Shown: positions 30,594 through 41,147, numbered from the stretch's first letter. The stretch: DNA of 64,000 nucleotides from an uncultured Chthonomonadaceae bacterium (GCA_963835065.1 CAWIEK010000002.1:128001-192000); one strand, 5' to 3'. The notes: a model not told the origin generated them from the sequence alone. Numbers and translations: made by a program.

Positions 30594-32315
30594 CTAAACT
30601 TTGATTTTCTTCCACCAGCCGGTTTGAAACAGCGCAGCCGTAATCATGCCGCCCAGAATCGCGGTCACGCACATGGCCCACCATGCGCCCACTGTCTGCA
30701 GGTTGCAATGGAACATCAGCCAGTAACTGAGCGGCAGGCGCACAATCCACATTGTAAACAGGGTGATAAAGGTAGGCCGGATGGTGTCGCCCGCGCCCTG
30801 CAAGCCGCCCGTCAGCACCATTCCCAACGCCATAAACGGTTCGCAAACGGAATTGATTTTCAGGTACAGCGCCCCCAAATGCCGGACGCCCGGATCGCTC
30901 GTGAACAGTCCCGCGAGAGGTTCGGAGAACAAATAAAAGCACAGTCCCACAAACGCCATGACCAGCACGGCCTGAGTGGTCGCCGCCCACGCGCTGCGTT
31001 CCGCGCGGCGCGTGTCCTTTGCGCCCAGACACTGCCCGACTAATGCGGACGCGGCCACGCTGTAGCCGAAGCCCGGCATGTAGGCAAGGGCTTCCGCCCG
31101 CACCCCGATGCTCATAGCCGCCACCGCCGTAGAACCTTCCACCGTGCGCGCCAGCATCCCGGTAAATGACATCATGGCGAGGCTGCAAATCACCGCCTGA
31201 ATGGAAGCGGGCAGGCCGATTTTCAAGATACGCCCGTACCACAATCCGGCGGAATCGAAGCCCATGTAGCGAACCGACAGCGCGGCTCCCAACGGTGACA
31301 GCCGCTTCAGCGTTATCACGTACAGGAACGCGCTGACACAAATGGAGATTGTGAGCGCAGTCGCCGCGCCCCGAACGCCGAGCGCGGGCAGGCCGAAATG
31401 TCCATAAATGAGCAGCCAGTTGCAGGTGATATGCGTGGCGATGGCGATGGACTGCACCAGCATCGGGGTGCGCGTGTCGCCCAACCCCCGAAACGCGCCC
31501 ATCAGCGTGTTCATCAGAAACATCGGCACGGTAGCAAACAAAGCGATGCCCAAAAACTGCGAACACAGCCGCAGGGTTTCCACATCCGTCTGCCCGGTCA
31601 GCATCCAGCCGACAATCGTATTGCGCCCCGCGTAAAAAAGCAGGCCGAAAACAAGGGAAAGCGCGAGGCTCAGGGTCAGGGATTGCCCCGTCGCGCGCAG
31701 GCGTTCCTCGTGGCTGTTCGCGCCCGTGAACCGCGCAACGAGCGCCGTCGTGCCCACCGAAACACCCATTGCCAGCGCAATCAGCAGAAACACAACTTGC
31801 CCGCCAATTCCCGTTGCCGCCAGCGCTTGTTTCGCGTGGGGCAGGTGTCCCACAAACAAGGTATCCATCAGGCCGTTGAACGTTTGCAGCAGCATCGTCA
31901 GCACGGACGGCCACGCCAATCGCCACACGGCTCCGTGAATATCGCGCCTGCTCTCCCATAAGGGCGGCTGAAAAGCCTCCTTTTGCGCAGCGCGAAGGGT
32001 TGAATCAGTCTCGTTTATGGAGGAGAGTGAAGCAGGGGGAAACGCTGAAGAGGTTCCGTTAGCAGACTCAGCATTGCCCATTGCCGTTTGCAGGGGAGCA
32101 GAACGGGATACAGACAGCGCTCCGACGGCATACGTGAACTTGCTCGCGCCTTCCTCAGCCTCGATTTGAAGGGAGCGAAAATCCGTATCCGGCTCCTGTG
32201 TCAGCGCGGCCTCGGCAGGGGAAAGTTCCGCGTCCGCAAGAGACGCGGCAGCATCCGCAGAAACAATAACATCGGCGCAGTCGCCCGTGACCGCGCCGGA
32301 AGAATGGCTTGACAT
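30594..32315 (-). CDS. MATE efflux transporter
   Basis: LAWPSVL, DTLFVG, RGLGDTRTPM, IGLPAS, GAGDT. Confidence 0.93.
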   Translation of the reverse strand: MSSHSSGAVTGDCADVIVSADAAASLADAELSPAEAALTQEPDTDFRSLQIEAEEGASKFTYAVGALSVSRSAPLQTAMGNAESANGTSSAFPPASLSSINETDSTLRAAQKEAFQPPLWESRRDIHGAVWRLAWPSVLTMLLQTFNGLMDTLFVGHLPHAKQALAATGIGGQVVFLLIALAMGVSVGTTALVARFTGANSHEERLRATGQSLTLSLALSLVFGLLFYAGRNTIVGWMLTGQTDVETLRLCSQFLGIALFATVPMFLMNTLMGAFRGLGDTRTPMLVQSIAIATHITCNWLLIYGHFGLPALGVRGAATALTISICVSAFLYVITLKRLSPLGAALSVRYMGFDSAGLWYGRILKIGLPASIQAVICSLAMMSFTGMLARTVEGSTAVAAMSIGVRAEALAYMPGFGYSVAASALVGQCLGAKDTRRAERSAWAATTQAVLVMAFVGLCFYLFSEPLAGLFTSDPGVRHLGALYLKINSVCEPFMALGMVLTGGLQGAGDTIRPTFITLFTMWIVRLPLSYWLMFHCNLQTVGAWWAMCVTAILGGMITAALFQTGWWKKIKV

Positions 32316-32713
32316 AAAAATACCTTGACAACATGAACAACGTGAAACGGGTTGAAACAGAATGAAATGGCTGGAAATCAACCGCCAAACACAGAATGAG
32401 GCTGCATGGCTGTAGGTGTAAAAAGCAGCGCAAACGTCCTGTCATAATACGCTTGAAAACATCAGGAAGTTCAGGCAAAAAGCGGGCGCGGCAAAGGAAA
32501 CTTCGGAAAATCAGCCTCGCGCTCAAAAATAGGGGCTGAAAACCGGGAACATTTGTGTACCTGTTTGCGACAAACCCGCAGTTGAAAAGAGACAAGAGAA
32601 GACGGAAGATGGAAGACAGGAATATGGGAATATAGGAAGCCTAAACACCAAATACCTGAATACCTGAACACCTGAACACCGAACACCGGATACCGAACAC
32701 AAGGAGCAAAACC

Positions 32714-33235
32714 ATGAGCAGCGCTCAGACAAAAGAAACTGCAAGCCATAATACGGCACACGACCATGCCCGCCATCAGGCCGAGGACGAAGTAATTTCA
32801 CATGAGAACCGCGACGATCCGCAAAACGACAATGCGGGCCGCAGCGAAAACCTGCGCGACTCCCCCCTGATGGCTCGCCTGCTCGACGCGCTTGAGGAAG
32901 GCACGGATATCGGGCGCTATGGACAATTCACGTTTGTCGCGGTTGTGCGTCATTTCATGGACGAGGATGAGATCGTGACGCTGCTTTCCAACCAACCGGG
33001 CATGGACGAGGAACAGGCGCGCGCCCTGTATATTCAGGTGCGGGAACACGACTACAACCCGCCGCGCCGCGAACGCATTATCGAGCAGCAGGCGCATCAG
33101 GAGTTCCAGATCATTCCTGAGGGCAGCGATCCCGATATGGGCAACGTATACCGCGAACTGCGCTTCCCCGACGGCCTGTACGACCATATCAACCACTATT
33201 ACGAGGATAAGGCGGAAGCGGAAGCAAAGGCTTGA
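32714..33235 (+). CDS. Hypothetical protein, weakly reminiscent of the primase large-subunit C-terminal region
   Basis: AAGGAG RBS; DIGRYGQFTF, YNPPRRERI. Confidence 0.6.
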   Translation: MSSAQTKETASHNTAHDHARHQAEDEVISHENRDDPQNDNAGRSENLRDSPLMARLLDALEEGTDIGRYGQFTFVAVVRHFMDEDEIVTLLSNQPGMDEEQARALYIQVREHDYNPPRRERIIEQQAHQEFQIIPEGSDPDMGNVYRELRFPDGLYDHINHYYEDKAEAEAKA

Positions 33236-33657
33236 CAAATGAAGCCACTATAATTAATCTGCATGGAGTAACACAAGACAAGAAAACGTCCCTCCTTCCT
33301 ATATGGAAGGAGGGACAATCAAGCAGCCTATTTGCGTGTATTCGCGTGTATTCGCGGCTAACTTCTCTCCTAATGCAGCGGCGAGCCTGCGCCGGGTATT
33401 TCGGGAACCACTTTGGGCACGGAAGGCGTCAATAGGAATTCGACAACTCGCGCTTCCGCTTCCTGCTGCCATGCAGTTAAGGCATGGTCACTATCTATGC
33501 GGGCGCTACCATTCTTCTTTTCCAACAGGCTTACCAAAGCTTTCTTCTCGCGCCTGATAACACGGGAGGGGTAAGGCCCTGTGTGCCACAATAGGGTGAG
33601 ACAAAATCCCGTACACGAAATAGTGTAGAGTGCCAGGGCGGAGAATGGAATTTTCAC

Positions 33658-33924
33658 ATGAATACGCCGTTGACAGACAGCGCCCACTTCCCGCAGCGCT
33701 TTGCCAGCCAGGAGGAAGCCCAGACGTTCTGCCAGAACTACTTCATCTGGTACAACACGCGCCACCACCATACCGGCTTGGTGCTGCTCACGCCCGAACA
33801 GGTGCATTTGGGGGACGCGCCCAGGTTACTGGCGCAGCGGCAAGTCACGTTAGATGCCGCCTATGCCGCCCGTTCCGCCCGTAATCAGGCACACTTTGCC
33901 GCGCATAAATTGCTCCAGAAGTAG
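33658..33924 (+). pseudogene. IS3-like transposase C-terminal remnant
   Basis: FPQRF..A..FC..Y..WYN..HHHTGL.LLTP.QVH; no catalytic DDE core present. Confidence 0.7.
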
Positions 33925-34009
33925 TCAGTAGTCAGTAGTCAGTAGAAATGCCCGTCTACTCACAGATTTACAATAGCAACCGGCCTATAGAAGAAGGTTC
34001 CTCTACTGA

Positions 34010-34399
34010 CTACTGACTACTGACTACTTCTCTACTCACTTCCAGCAAGTTGCCGTCAGGATCACGGAAATAGAGGGATTCAATCGGTCCAAGCGCGCCT
34101 GTCCGCAAAACAGGGCCTTCCAGAATAGGAACATTGTGTATATGAAGTCGCGCCGCCACCTTGTCAAGCGGAAGGGAAGCGAGAAAGCACAAATCGGCGG
34201 AACCGGGCGTGGGCTGCGCGGCTTTCGGCTCGAATTCTTTTCCTGCCTGATGCAGATTGATCTTTTGTTGCCCGAATCGCAATGCCTTACGCCCTTCGCC
34301 AAAAGTGACAATCTCCATGCCCAGCACATCGGCATAAAACGCGCAAGTTGCTTCCATGTCACGCACAGTCAAGACAAGATGATCCAAGCGGTCAATCAT
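34010..34399 (-). CDS. VOC/glyoxalase-family protein
   Basis: LDHLVLTV, QKINLH, GSADLCF, YFRDPDGNLLEV. Confidence 0.92.
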   Translation of the reverse strand: MIDRLDHLVLTVRDMEATCAFYADVLGMEIVTFGEGRKALRFGQQKINLHQAGKEFEPKAAQPTPGSADLCFLASLPLDKVAARLHIHNVPILEGPVLRTGALGPIESLYFRDPDGNLLEVSREVVSSQ

Positions 34400-35063
34400 G
34401 TGCTTGCGTCACACCTTCCTGCAATTGCGGAGCATCGGGGAAATACTTGATTCGCATGATGCGCAGCCATGCCCGCCAGCCGGCAATCGCCAACCCCAGG
34501 AAAATAACGTACAGCGCCGTGCTGAAATATAAAGGGGGATTGGAGTGAGGAAAAAGATAAAAGGCGTAGATGACATCGGCGGCAATCCACAAGGCCCAGT
34601 TCTCAATGATTTTGCGTGATTGTAAACACTGCGCCACAATACTGAAAGCCGTCGTAATTCCGTCGGCTGCCGGGCTTGGATCAGCCCAAGCAGGCGTTCG
34701 CATGGCATGAACAAGGATGATGCTTAATACAAGCGTAATGCCCGCCCATATCCACCGCGCTTTCGACGAAAGCGGCAGGATGGGCAGGTCATCATCCCGG
34801 TTCGGCCCGCAACGCAGCCATGCCCACCATCCATAAATAGAAAGCGGCAGAAAACAGAACACTTGCAAACCGGCGTTGGCGTAATACTTGTAATCGCGGA
34901 ACACAATCGCGTATAAAATCACGGACACGATCCCCCAGGGCCACGTCCAGATGTTGTTGCGCACGGCCAGAATCACGGAAATCAGCCCCGTAAACGCGGC
35001 CACCGCCTCCATCCAACTCATTTTCTGAACTTCGTTCCAAAAAGCGACTAGAATCGAGTGCAT
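34392..35063 (-). CDS. pnuC: Nicotinamide riboside transporter PnuC
   Basis: NIWTWPWGI, YGWWAW, K.IENW.LWI..D. Confidence 0.85.
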   Translation of the reverse strand: MHSILVAFWNEVQKMSWMEAVAAFTGLISVILAVRNNIWTWPWGIVSVILYAIVFRDYKYYANAGLQVFCFLPLSIYGWWAWLRCGPNRDDDLPILPLSSKARWIWAGITLVLSIILVHAMRTPAWADPSPAADGITTAFSIVAQCLQSRKIIENWALWIAADVIYAFYLFPHSNPPLYFSTALYVIFLGLAIAGWRAWLRIMRIKYFPDAPQLQEGVTQAHD

Positions 35064-35199
35064 AGTGTTCCTTTGTTTACGGGTTTGCGAAAATCTGCCG
35101 GAAACGGAAAACGGATTGTTTTGATGCGATATGCCGCGAACCGCGTATAGATGCCGCCGTGTGCTTCCTGACCCCTGACCCCTGAAACCTGACACCTTC

Positions 35200-36123
35200 C
35201 TACTGAGCGCACGGCAGAGGCATCGGCCCGTCGCCGTAGCCGCCGTTATCGTCGGGCATGGCCGGGTACGTCCATAAATTACGCGCCGACCAGTTGTAGA
35301 CGTTGTGGCTTGGGCCACCCTGACAGGCGGGGAAATCTTCGCCCGCGCTGTCGGCTTCGCGCGCAATGAAAAATTTGGCGTGGCCGTCCGCGAAACTCAG
35401 GTTGCCGCCCTTGCGAAAGACCGCTCGCCAGCGCAGTTTGTTATCAAAGTCCGATGATTGCAGCGTGTTCCAGTCGCAGCCGAAACTGTTGCCGAACGCG
35501 GACGTGGCCTGATTCAGCGTGAACGCAACCGTGCTTGCCGGCTGATTGATTTCCGCCAAAGTTGCGGGCGTGTCAAGAAGTTTACCGTTGGGCGTGTGGG
35601 TATAGGTATCCGGGTCGAAATCGAATGGGTAGCTGCCGTCGCAGCCCAAAAACCAGTTCATCTGGTAGGTGTTGGTCAGCGCCATGCCGTTGGAGGTGGC
35701 GCAGGCATCCGTGAACCACGTCGCTTTGTCGGGCATCCAGGGCGAATGGAAAATCCCTTTGCTCTTGGCGTAGGGCAGCAGGCGCAATCCCCAGCCCTGC
35801 CAGGGGATGCCGGGCGCGGGTTGGGTAGGATTGGTATAAGGCGTCACGCTCGGATCGTTCCACGAGCCGACGGCAACCCACCGCTCATCGTAGTCCTGCG
35901 CGTACATCGTGGCCGTCAGCCCGATTTGCCGAATGTTGGACATATCCTGCGTGTTGCGGGCGGAACCGCGCGCCTGCGCAAAAACAGGAAACAGAATCGC
36001 CGCCAGAATGGAAATAATGGCGATCACCACGAGCAGTTCGATCAAGGTGAAAGCGGTGTTCAGGTGTTCGGGTGTTCGGGTGTTCAGGTAGTGGGCATCC
36101 TGTTGTTGATATTGGTGGTACAT
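35200..36123 (-). CDS. Prepilin-type N-methylation / DUF1559-like protein
   Basis: [38 protein letters not shown]. Confidence 0.9.
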   Translation of the reverse strand: MYHQYQQQDAHYLNTRTPEHLNTAFTLIELLVVIAIISILAAILFPVFAQARGSARNTQDMSNIRQIGLTATMYAQDYDERWVAVGSWNDPSVTPYTNPTQPAPGIPWQGWGLRLLPYAKSKGIFHSPWMPDKATWFTDACATSNGMALTNTYQMNWFLGCDGSYPFDFDPDTYTHTPNGKLLDTPATLAEINQPASTVAFTLNQATSAFGNSFGCDWNTLQSSDFDNKLRWRAVFRKGGNLSFADGHAKFFIAREADSAGEDFPACQGGPSHNVYNWSARNLWTYPAMPDDNGGYGDGPMPLPCAQ

Positions 36124-36436
36124 GGCGCGTTTCTTTGCAGCCTCGTGTTTCCGGTATGTACAGCATACCTCATATTGAGAAGACGTTTGCAGTCCTGAGC
36201 AGGGTTCACGGTTCCTTTTAGTCAGGACAACGGCCATGCTCAGAAGGTTGCAATTAGGCTTGTTCTGTGTTTATTTTGTCCCATTCTGCGTGACAGCAGC
36301 GTGACAAAACACAGGCTTCTGCATGAACAGAGGATTGCTTTCTTAACGGAAATGGTGTGTAAGGCAAACGCTTTGTTAATGGGGCATCAGGTTGGCAACA
36401 TGGAGTAGTTGGGTCAATTTTGAGAAATGGCGTTGT

Positions 36437-37318
36437 TCAGGCAGGTTTGACGCGGCGGCGTTGTTTGTCTCGGATAGTGAGGGTTTCGGCGCGAAGCTCG
36501 TGAACGTGGCTGCGAAAAGCTTCCGGGTGCGCGTCGTTTGGAATGGGGTATGCAAGCGCCTGCTCACGGGCATAGACTGCCGCGCGCAGTTCCTTCCGGT
36601 ACTCCGGCAAAATCTGTATTTCGCCGTCGCCGTCTGTGCCAATGTGATTTTTGTTCTGAAACGCGAGAGAGAGCCAATCACTATGGCTGCTGTTGGCTTT
36701 GCGCTGCTGAATGCCCAAATGGTAAACGGAAAGCGCCTGATGCCGGAGAATGTCGGATGGCGCGGTGTAACACACAAAGCCGCCCCAACGCCGCATTTGC
36801 TCGTGTTCCCACAAGCCGCGCCCATAGGTCCACAAAGCCATCATATCGTCACTTTGCCAGAATTGGTGTTCGTCCTGCGCGGCTTTGTCCAGCCCGAAGG
36901 TCAGCCAGCGAACCGTTTGCGCAGACGCGCCGGGATGGGCAAGCCGCGCTTTCAGCAGGCGCAGCGTATCCTCGCACAAAGCCGTTGTGTCACAGGGCGC
37001 AAGTAAAATGGGGTCGGACGGGTCGGCGTCAAAGGGTGTGGGGCGCAGATGCTCGCCATAGAGCGCAATCAGCGTATTGGGCTGGCGCTGATACGCCAAT
37101 CCCCACAACAAGCGTCCTAACAGCCGCGCGCCCGGCATATCGGTGATAATGTGCCAGGTATTGTGAAAAAAGTTCGTGCTGAACGCTGCCTGCGTTCCCG
37201 GTCTGAGCGTGAGAACGCGGTACGTATGCCCGCTAAGCGTGAACAGGCGCAAATGCAGTTTCATGCGCGCATCGAATGTGGCGGCGTTGCCGGTACGCTG
37301 TTGTTTGTGCTGTGCCAT
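36437..37318 (-). CDS. Hypothetical protein
   Basis: 293-aa ORF co-oriented with its neighbours; GGAGG RBS; no recognised motif. Confidence 0.6.
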   Translation of the reverse strand: MAQHKQQRTGNAATFDARMKLHLRLFTLSGHTYRVLTLRPGTQAAFSTNFFHNTWHIITDMPGARLLGRLLWGLAYQRQPNTLIALYGEHLRPTPFDADPSDPILLAPCDTTALCEDTLRLLKARLAHPGASAQTVRWLTFGLDKAAQDEHQFWQSDDMMALWTYGRGLWEHEQMRRWGGFVCYTAPSDILRHQALSVYHLGIQQRKANSSHSDWLSLAFQNKNHIGTDGDGEIQILPEYRKELRAAVYAREQALAYPIPNDAHPEAFRSHVHELRAETLTIRDKQRRRVKPA

Positions 37319-37378
37319 AACGGAAAATGCCTCCGTCCGCTATATCGCCGCGCCAGACAACTTTGACAAACAGCGTTG

Positions 37379-38902
37379 CTATATTTCAAACTGCCCGAAC
37401 AATCGTTTCGACAATTCCGTTTGCAGCAGGTTTTCGGGATCACATTCGCGTTTGAGTGCCGTGAATTGGCGCAACGTATCCGAGCCGAGATAGGTGGCGG
37501 CGCTGGCGTTGTCCAGAGTGCTGTCTTTGGCGAAATAAAAACGCCCGCCCGCTTCCAAAACCAGTTTGTTCAGTTTTGCCGTGAGCGCCCACAGGCGTTT
37601 GCGATTGCGGGCGGTGACGGGGAAATCAAGGGCGAACGAGTAGCCGTCTACCGCATGGGACATCAGAAAATCGTCGCGCCGATGCCGCTTGAACACGCCG
37701 AGATAGGGAACAATGCCCTCGCGCTGGCACAGCCTGATTTGCGCCGTAAAGCATTTTTCCGCGTTGGCGGCAGGCACGAAACTCTGGTACTGAATCAGTC
37801 CGCCCGGCTTGTACACCCATTTCCAGTTGGGAACGTAATCCAGCAAAAACGCGAAGCCCGCATGGGACTGCTTGACCCATTTGCGGTTGCCAATCGTGCT
37901 GCTGGCCGTGTACTTGGCCCAATTAAGCAGTTTCATGCCCCAATCGCAGCTAAACGGTTTCATCAGCCGCCACATAATAGATTTGGGAATTAAGCCGAAC
38001 AGCGTATCCGGCAATTCCTGATTTTCCACGCGCAGGGTTTGGGTCGGATTCGGGTCATCGCCCTCGCGCAGATAAAACGCTTCATGTACCTGCCCCCTGC
38101 CGATTTGATTGCCTTTTGCAAAGCAGTCTATCCAGCCGACAAGGTAATCCGCCTTGTCCATACGAGACTCGAATTCCCGGATGATGTCGGCAAAATTGCG
38201 GGTCGAAAACGCATACACGGACAACAGGCCGGAATGTACCTTTTTCATTTGCAGCACGATGCGCGTAAAGCAACCCAACATGCCGAAACTGCCGATGGCG
38301 GCGAAAAACAAGTCTGCGTTTTGTTCGCGGCTGCACGTTACCAGTTCGCCTGCCGGCAGCAATAAATCAAATTCAAGCACATGGTCGCCAACTGGCCCCA
38401 TCTTAAAATTGTTCTTGCCGTGAAAGTTCATGCCCAACGCGCCGCCCATCGTCACGGTCATGGTTCCCGACACGACGGGAGGCCACCAGCCGTCACCCAC
38501 GACATACTGCCACAACTGCCGCAGTGTGGCGCCCGGTTCAATCACAATCACGCCGGTCTGCGGGTTCCAGTCCAAAATTCGGTTCATGCGCGTCAGGTCG
38601 AGGCAGACGTTTTCACCCGACAGGGAAGCGTCGCCATAGCTGCGTCCCGCGCCCCGCAGTCCCACTTTCAGGCCATGCGTCCGCGCCGCGTCAAACGCTT
38701 CACGGATGCCGTCAAGGGTCGTCGGACGGTAAACGTAGGAAAGGACAGCCTCGTTCATGCCCCACGTTTCCACGCGCTCCAGGCGTTCCAGAGGCATAGG
38801 CGGGCGCAAAGTTGCTGCCGTATGGACACAGGGGGGTGTGTTGATTACGGATTGTGGTTCCGAGAGCAGAACAGTAGGCTGTATGGCAGACAGTTCCATC
38901 AT
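37379..38902 (-). CDS. FAD-linked oxidoreductase, DprE1-like
   Basis: RGAGRSYGD, HGKN, IQYQSFVP, GYSFALDF, GGRFYFAKDS. Confidence 0.85.
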   Translation of the reverse strand: MMELSAIQPTVLLSEPQSVINTPPCVHTAATLRPPMPLERLERVETWGMNEAVLSYVYRPTTLDGIREAFDAARTHGLKVGLRGAGRSYGDASLSGENVCLDLTRMNRILDWNPQTGVIVIEPGATLRQLWQYVVGDGWWPPVVSGTMTVTMGGALGMNFHGKNNFKMGPVGDHVLEFDLLLPAGELVTCSREQNADLFFAAIGSFGMLGCFTRIVLQMKKVHSGLLSVYAFSTRNFADIIREFESRMDKADYLVGWIDCFAKGNQIGRGQVHEAFYLREGDDPNPTQTLRVENQELPDTLFGLIPKSIMWRLMKPFSCDWGMKLLNWAKYTASSTIGNRKWVKQSHAGFAFLLDYVPNWKWVYKPGGLIQYQSFVPAANAEKCFTAQIRLCQREGIVPYLGVFKRHRRDDFLMSHAVDGYSFALDFPVTARNRKRLWALTAKLNKLVLEAGGRFYFAKDSTLDNASAATYLGSDTLRQFTALKRECDPENLLQTELSKRLFGQFEI

Positions 38903-38921
38903 AATGTTTTCTAAAGGTTCA

Positions 38922-39140
38922 CTACCGGACACGTTTAGCCGGGCATTGAAAATACCCGTCTGAATGGCGTTCCGCGTTGGGACATAACATGTTATGTCCA
39001 GGGTCTGCACGCCATGGACATAACATGTTATGTCCCTACGGACGCGATCCACTTACATAGAGGCATTTACGTCCGTAGGACGTTCAGCCGCAGGCTATTC
39101 AGACGGTGGGTTTCAACCACCGGAAAAATGTGTCCGGTAG
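38922..39140. repeat. Nested palindromic REP/MITE-like element
   Basis: Terminal IRs CTACCGGACAC/GTGTCCGGTAG; two copies of the perfect palindrome GGACATAACATGTTATGTCC (38980-38999, 39016-39035). Confidence 0.8.
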
Positions 39141-39145
39141 CTAAT

Positions 39146-39964
39146 CTAAAAATTCAGCTTCTTAAAAATGGCGGACGGGATGTTGCGGATGATGAACATG
39201 ATTGGCTGCCACTTCCAGGGCACGTAAGCCGTGTGCTTGCCGGCGCGGGCGGCGGCAAGAATGGCTGTCGCCGCAGCATCTGCGGAAATCAGCAGGGGCT
39301 TTTTCGTGACCTCTTTGGTCATGGGCGTATCTACGGGACCGGGCTTGATGGTGACAACAGAAACCCCATACCTGCCGATGCGATTGCGCAGGGCTTCCAG
39401 GTAGGTGTTCAAGGCGGTTTTGGACGCGCCATACGCCGGGTAGCCTTTGCGCCCCCTGTCCCCAGCAACCGAAGATATGCCGACAATGGTTCCCGCCTGC
39501 GCCCGCTCGAATCGCTGCGCGGCCTCGTTCAGCCAGGCAATCGCGCCCAATACGTTGACTTCTATCGTCAGCAAGTCTTTGTCAAAAGCGTACTCGTTCT
39601 CCTCAATCAACGGCATCACGCCCGCCGCATAGATAATCAAGTCCAGGCCGCCTAAATCATGCGTAATTTGCTGAAACAGGGCGGGTACGCAGGCATACTC
39701 GCGCGCGTCATGGACATACGCCCGCGCCAACAGAGAGGGTGTTGGGTGTTGGGTGTTGGGTGTTGGGACAGTCGTTTGGGCGCGAGGCGTGGACTCTGAG
39801 CCTTTTGCCCCGTTGATGTCGTCAACGATACGCGCCAGTTCCGATTCGCGCCGCGCCACCAGCGCCACCTGACAGCCTTCCCGCGCCAACTGCCGCGCCA
39901 GCGCCTCGCCCATTCCCGACGACGCGCCCACGATGATTGCCCGCCGCCATGCCGTATTGGTCAC
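39146..39964 (-). CDS. SDR oxidoreductase, DprE2-like
   Basis: GASSGMG, SSVAGDRGR..YGASK, KPGPVDTPMT; adjacent to the DprE1-like gene. Confidence 0.85.
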   Translation of the reverse strand: MTNTAWRRAIIVGASSGMGEALARQLAREGCQVALVARRESELARIVDDINGAKGSESTPRAQTTVPTPNTQHPTPSLLARAYVHDAREYACVPALFQQITHDLGGLDLIIYAAGVMPLIEENEYAFDKDLLTIEVNVLGAIAWLNEAAQRFERAQAGTIVGISSVAGDRGRKGYPAYGASKTALNTYLEALRNRIGRYGVSVVTIKPGPVDTPMTKEVTKKPLLISADAAATAILAAARAGKHTAYVPWKWQPIMFIIRNIPSAIFKKLNF

Positions 39965-40078
39965 AAGTCTCAATCCTTTCGAGGCATTAGGCATTAGGCA
40001 TTAGGTATTAGATACAAATCCCATCTGTCTTTTGTCTTTCGTCTTTATCCTAATGCCTAATGCCTAATGCCTAATGCC

Positions 40079-41011
40079 TCACCCGGTTTGCGCAATTTGC
40101 AGCAGGCCGTCCGCGCGGGATAGCAGCGCGTCGCGTTCCTGCAAGATGCCGAGCCAGCGGGCGGGGATGCTGGAATAGCCGTAGTACGCGCCGGCCAATG
40201 CGCCCGTGACGGCTCCGACCGTATCCGCGTCCGCGCCCCGGTTTACAACCGCGATTAGCGCGGCTTCCAGTGTTGTCGTGTGCAGGAACGCCCATACCGC
40301 CACTTCCAGCGTGTCCAGCACGTAACCGGTGGGCGAGGTGTCGTTGCGGGTTTCCTGCGCGCGCCGAAACCGGGCTTTCAAGCCTTCCGAAGCGGCTGCG
40401 CAGGCTTGCTCCGCGCCCGCGATAGCGGCTTCTTTCGTCGCGCCCATGAGCAGCAGGGCAATGGCGACGTTGAGGAATACGCAGCTTTGCTCACAGTCGG
40501 CGTGGGCATGGGTAATGCGCGACAGCACGGGCGACAGCGTAGCGACATAATCGGGATGGCGATAAAAGAACAGGGCAAGGGGCGAACAGCGCATCAGCGA
40601 ACCGTTGGGAGCGTTGTTGGGGTTGGCGGCCTGCGCTTTCGTACTGGCTTCTTCCCACCCGATGCCCCGCGCAATGTCGCTCAAAACCGTTCGCGTATGG
40701 TTGCCCACATCCGGCGGATTGGACTGCAGCCAGGCGACAAAACGCCGCGCAATATCATCGGGATCGAACACGCGGCGCTCCAGAAGGCTGTCTACGGCGC
40801 ACAGCGTCATCTGCGTATCGTCCGTCCACGCGCCGGGAGCAAGGCGCAGCCAGCCGCCGCCGATCATATCGGTGACGTAGTTGTTCGGATCGCGCGCGGG
40901 CTGAAACTCCAGCGGAGCGCCGAGCGCATCCCCGACAGCCGAGCCAAGCAGCACCCCCCGAAACCTATCTTGCAGTTGTGGTTGTGATGACGCGAGCGGC
41001 GGTTGCGTCAT
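40079..41011 (-). CDS. ADP-ribosylglycohydrolase (DraG/ARH family)
   Basis: GDALGAP.EF, WTDDT, NGSLMR, DADTVGAVTG. Confidence 0.93.
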   Translation of the reverse strand: MTQPPLASSQPQLQDRFRGVLLGSAVGDALGAPLEFQPARDPNNYVTDMIGGGWLRLAPGAWTDDTQMTLCAVDSLLERRVFDPDDIARRFVAWLQSNPPDVGNHTRTVLSDIARGIGWEEASTKAQAANPNNAPNGSLMRCSPLALFFYRHPDYVATLSPVLSRITHAHADCEQSCVFLNVAIALLLMGATKEAAIAGAEQACAAASEGLKARFRRAQETRNDTSPTGYVLDTLEVAVWAFLHTTTLEAALIAVVNRGADADTVGAVTGALAGAYYGYSSIPARWLGILQERDALLSRADGLLQIAQTG

Positions 41012-41147
41012 AAGCCGTTATCTCCTGCGGAGGAAAGAAAAGAAGAAGAGAAGAAGAGAAGAAAAGGAGACAGAAGACAGAAGACAGAAGAAGCGCAATC
41101 TTCAATGGATTCATCCTTCATCCTTCATCCTTCATCCTTTCCTGAAT

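Noticed and set aside
30304..31959. 551-aa alternative-frame ORF within the MATE gene
   Set aside because: Overlaps a clearly real gene and has no motifs
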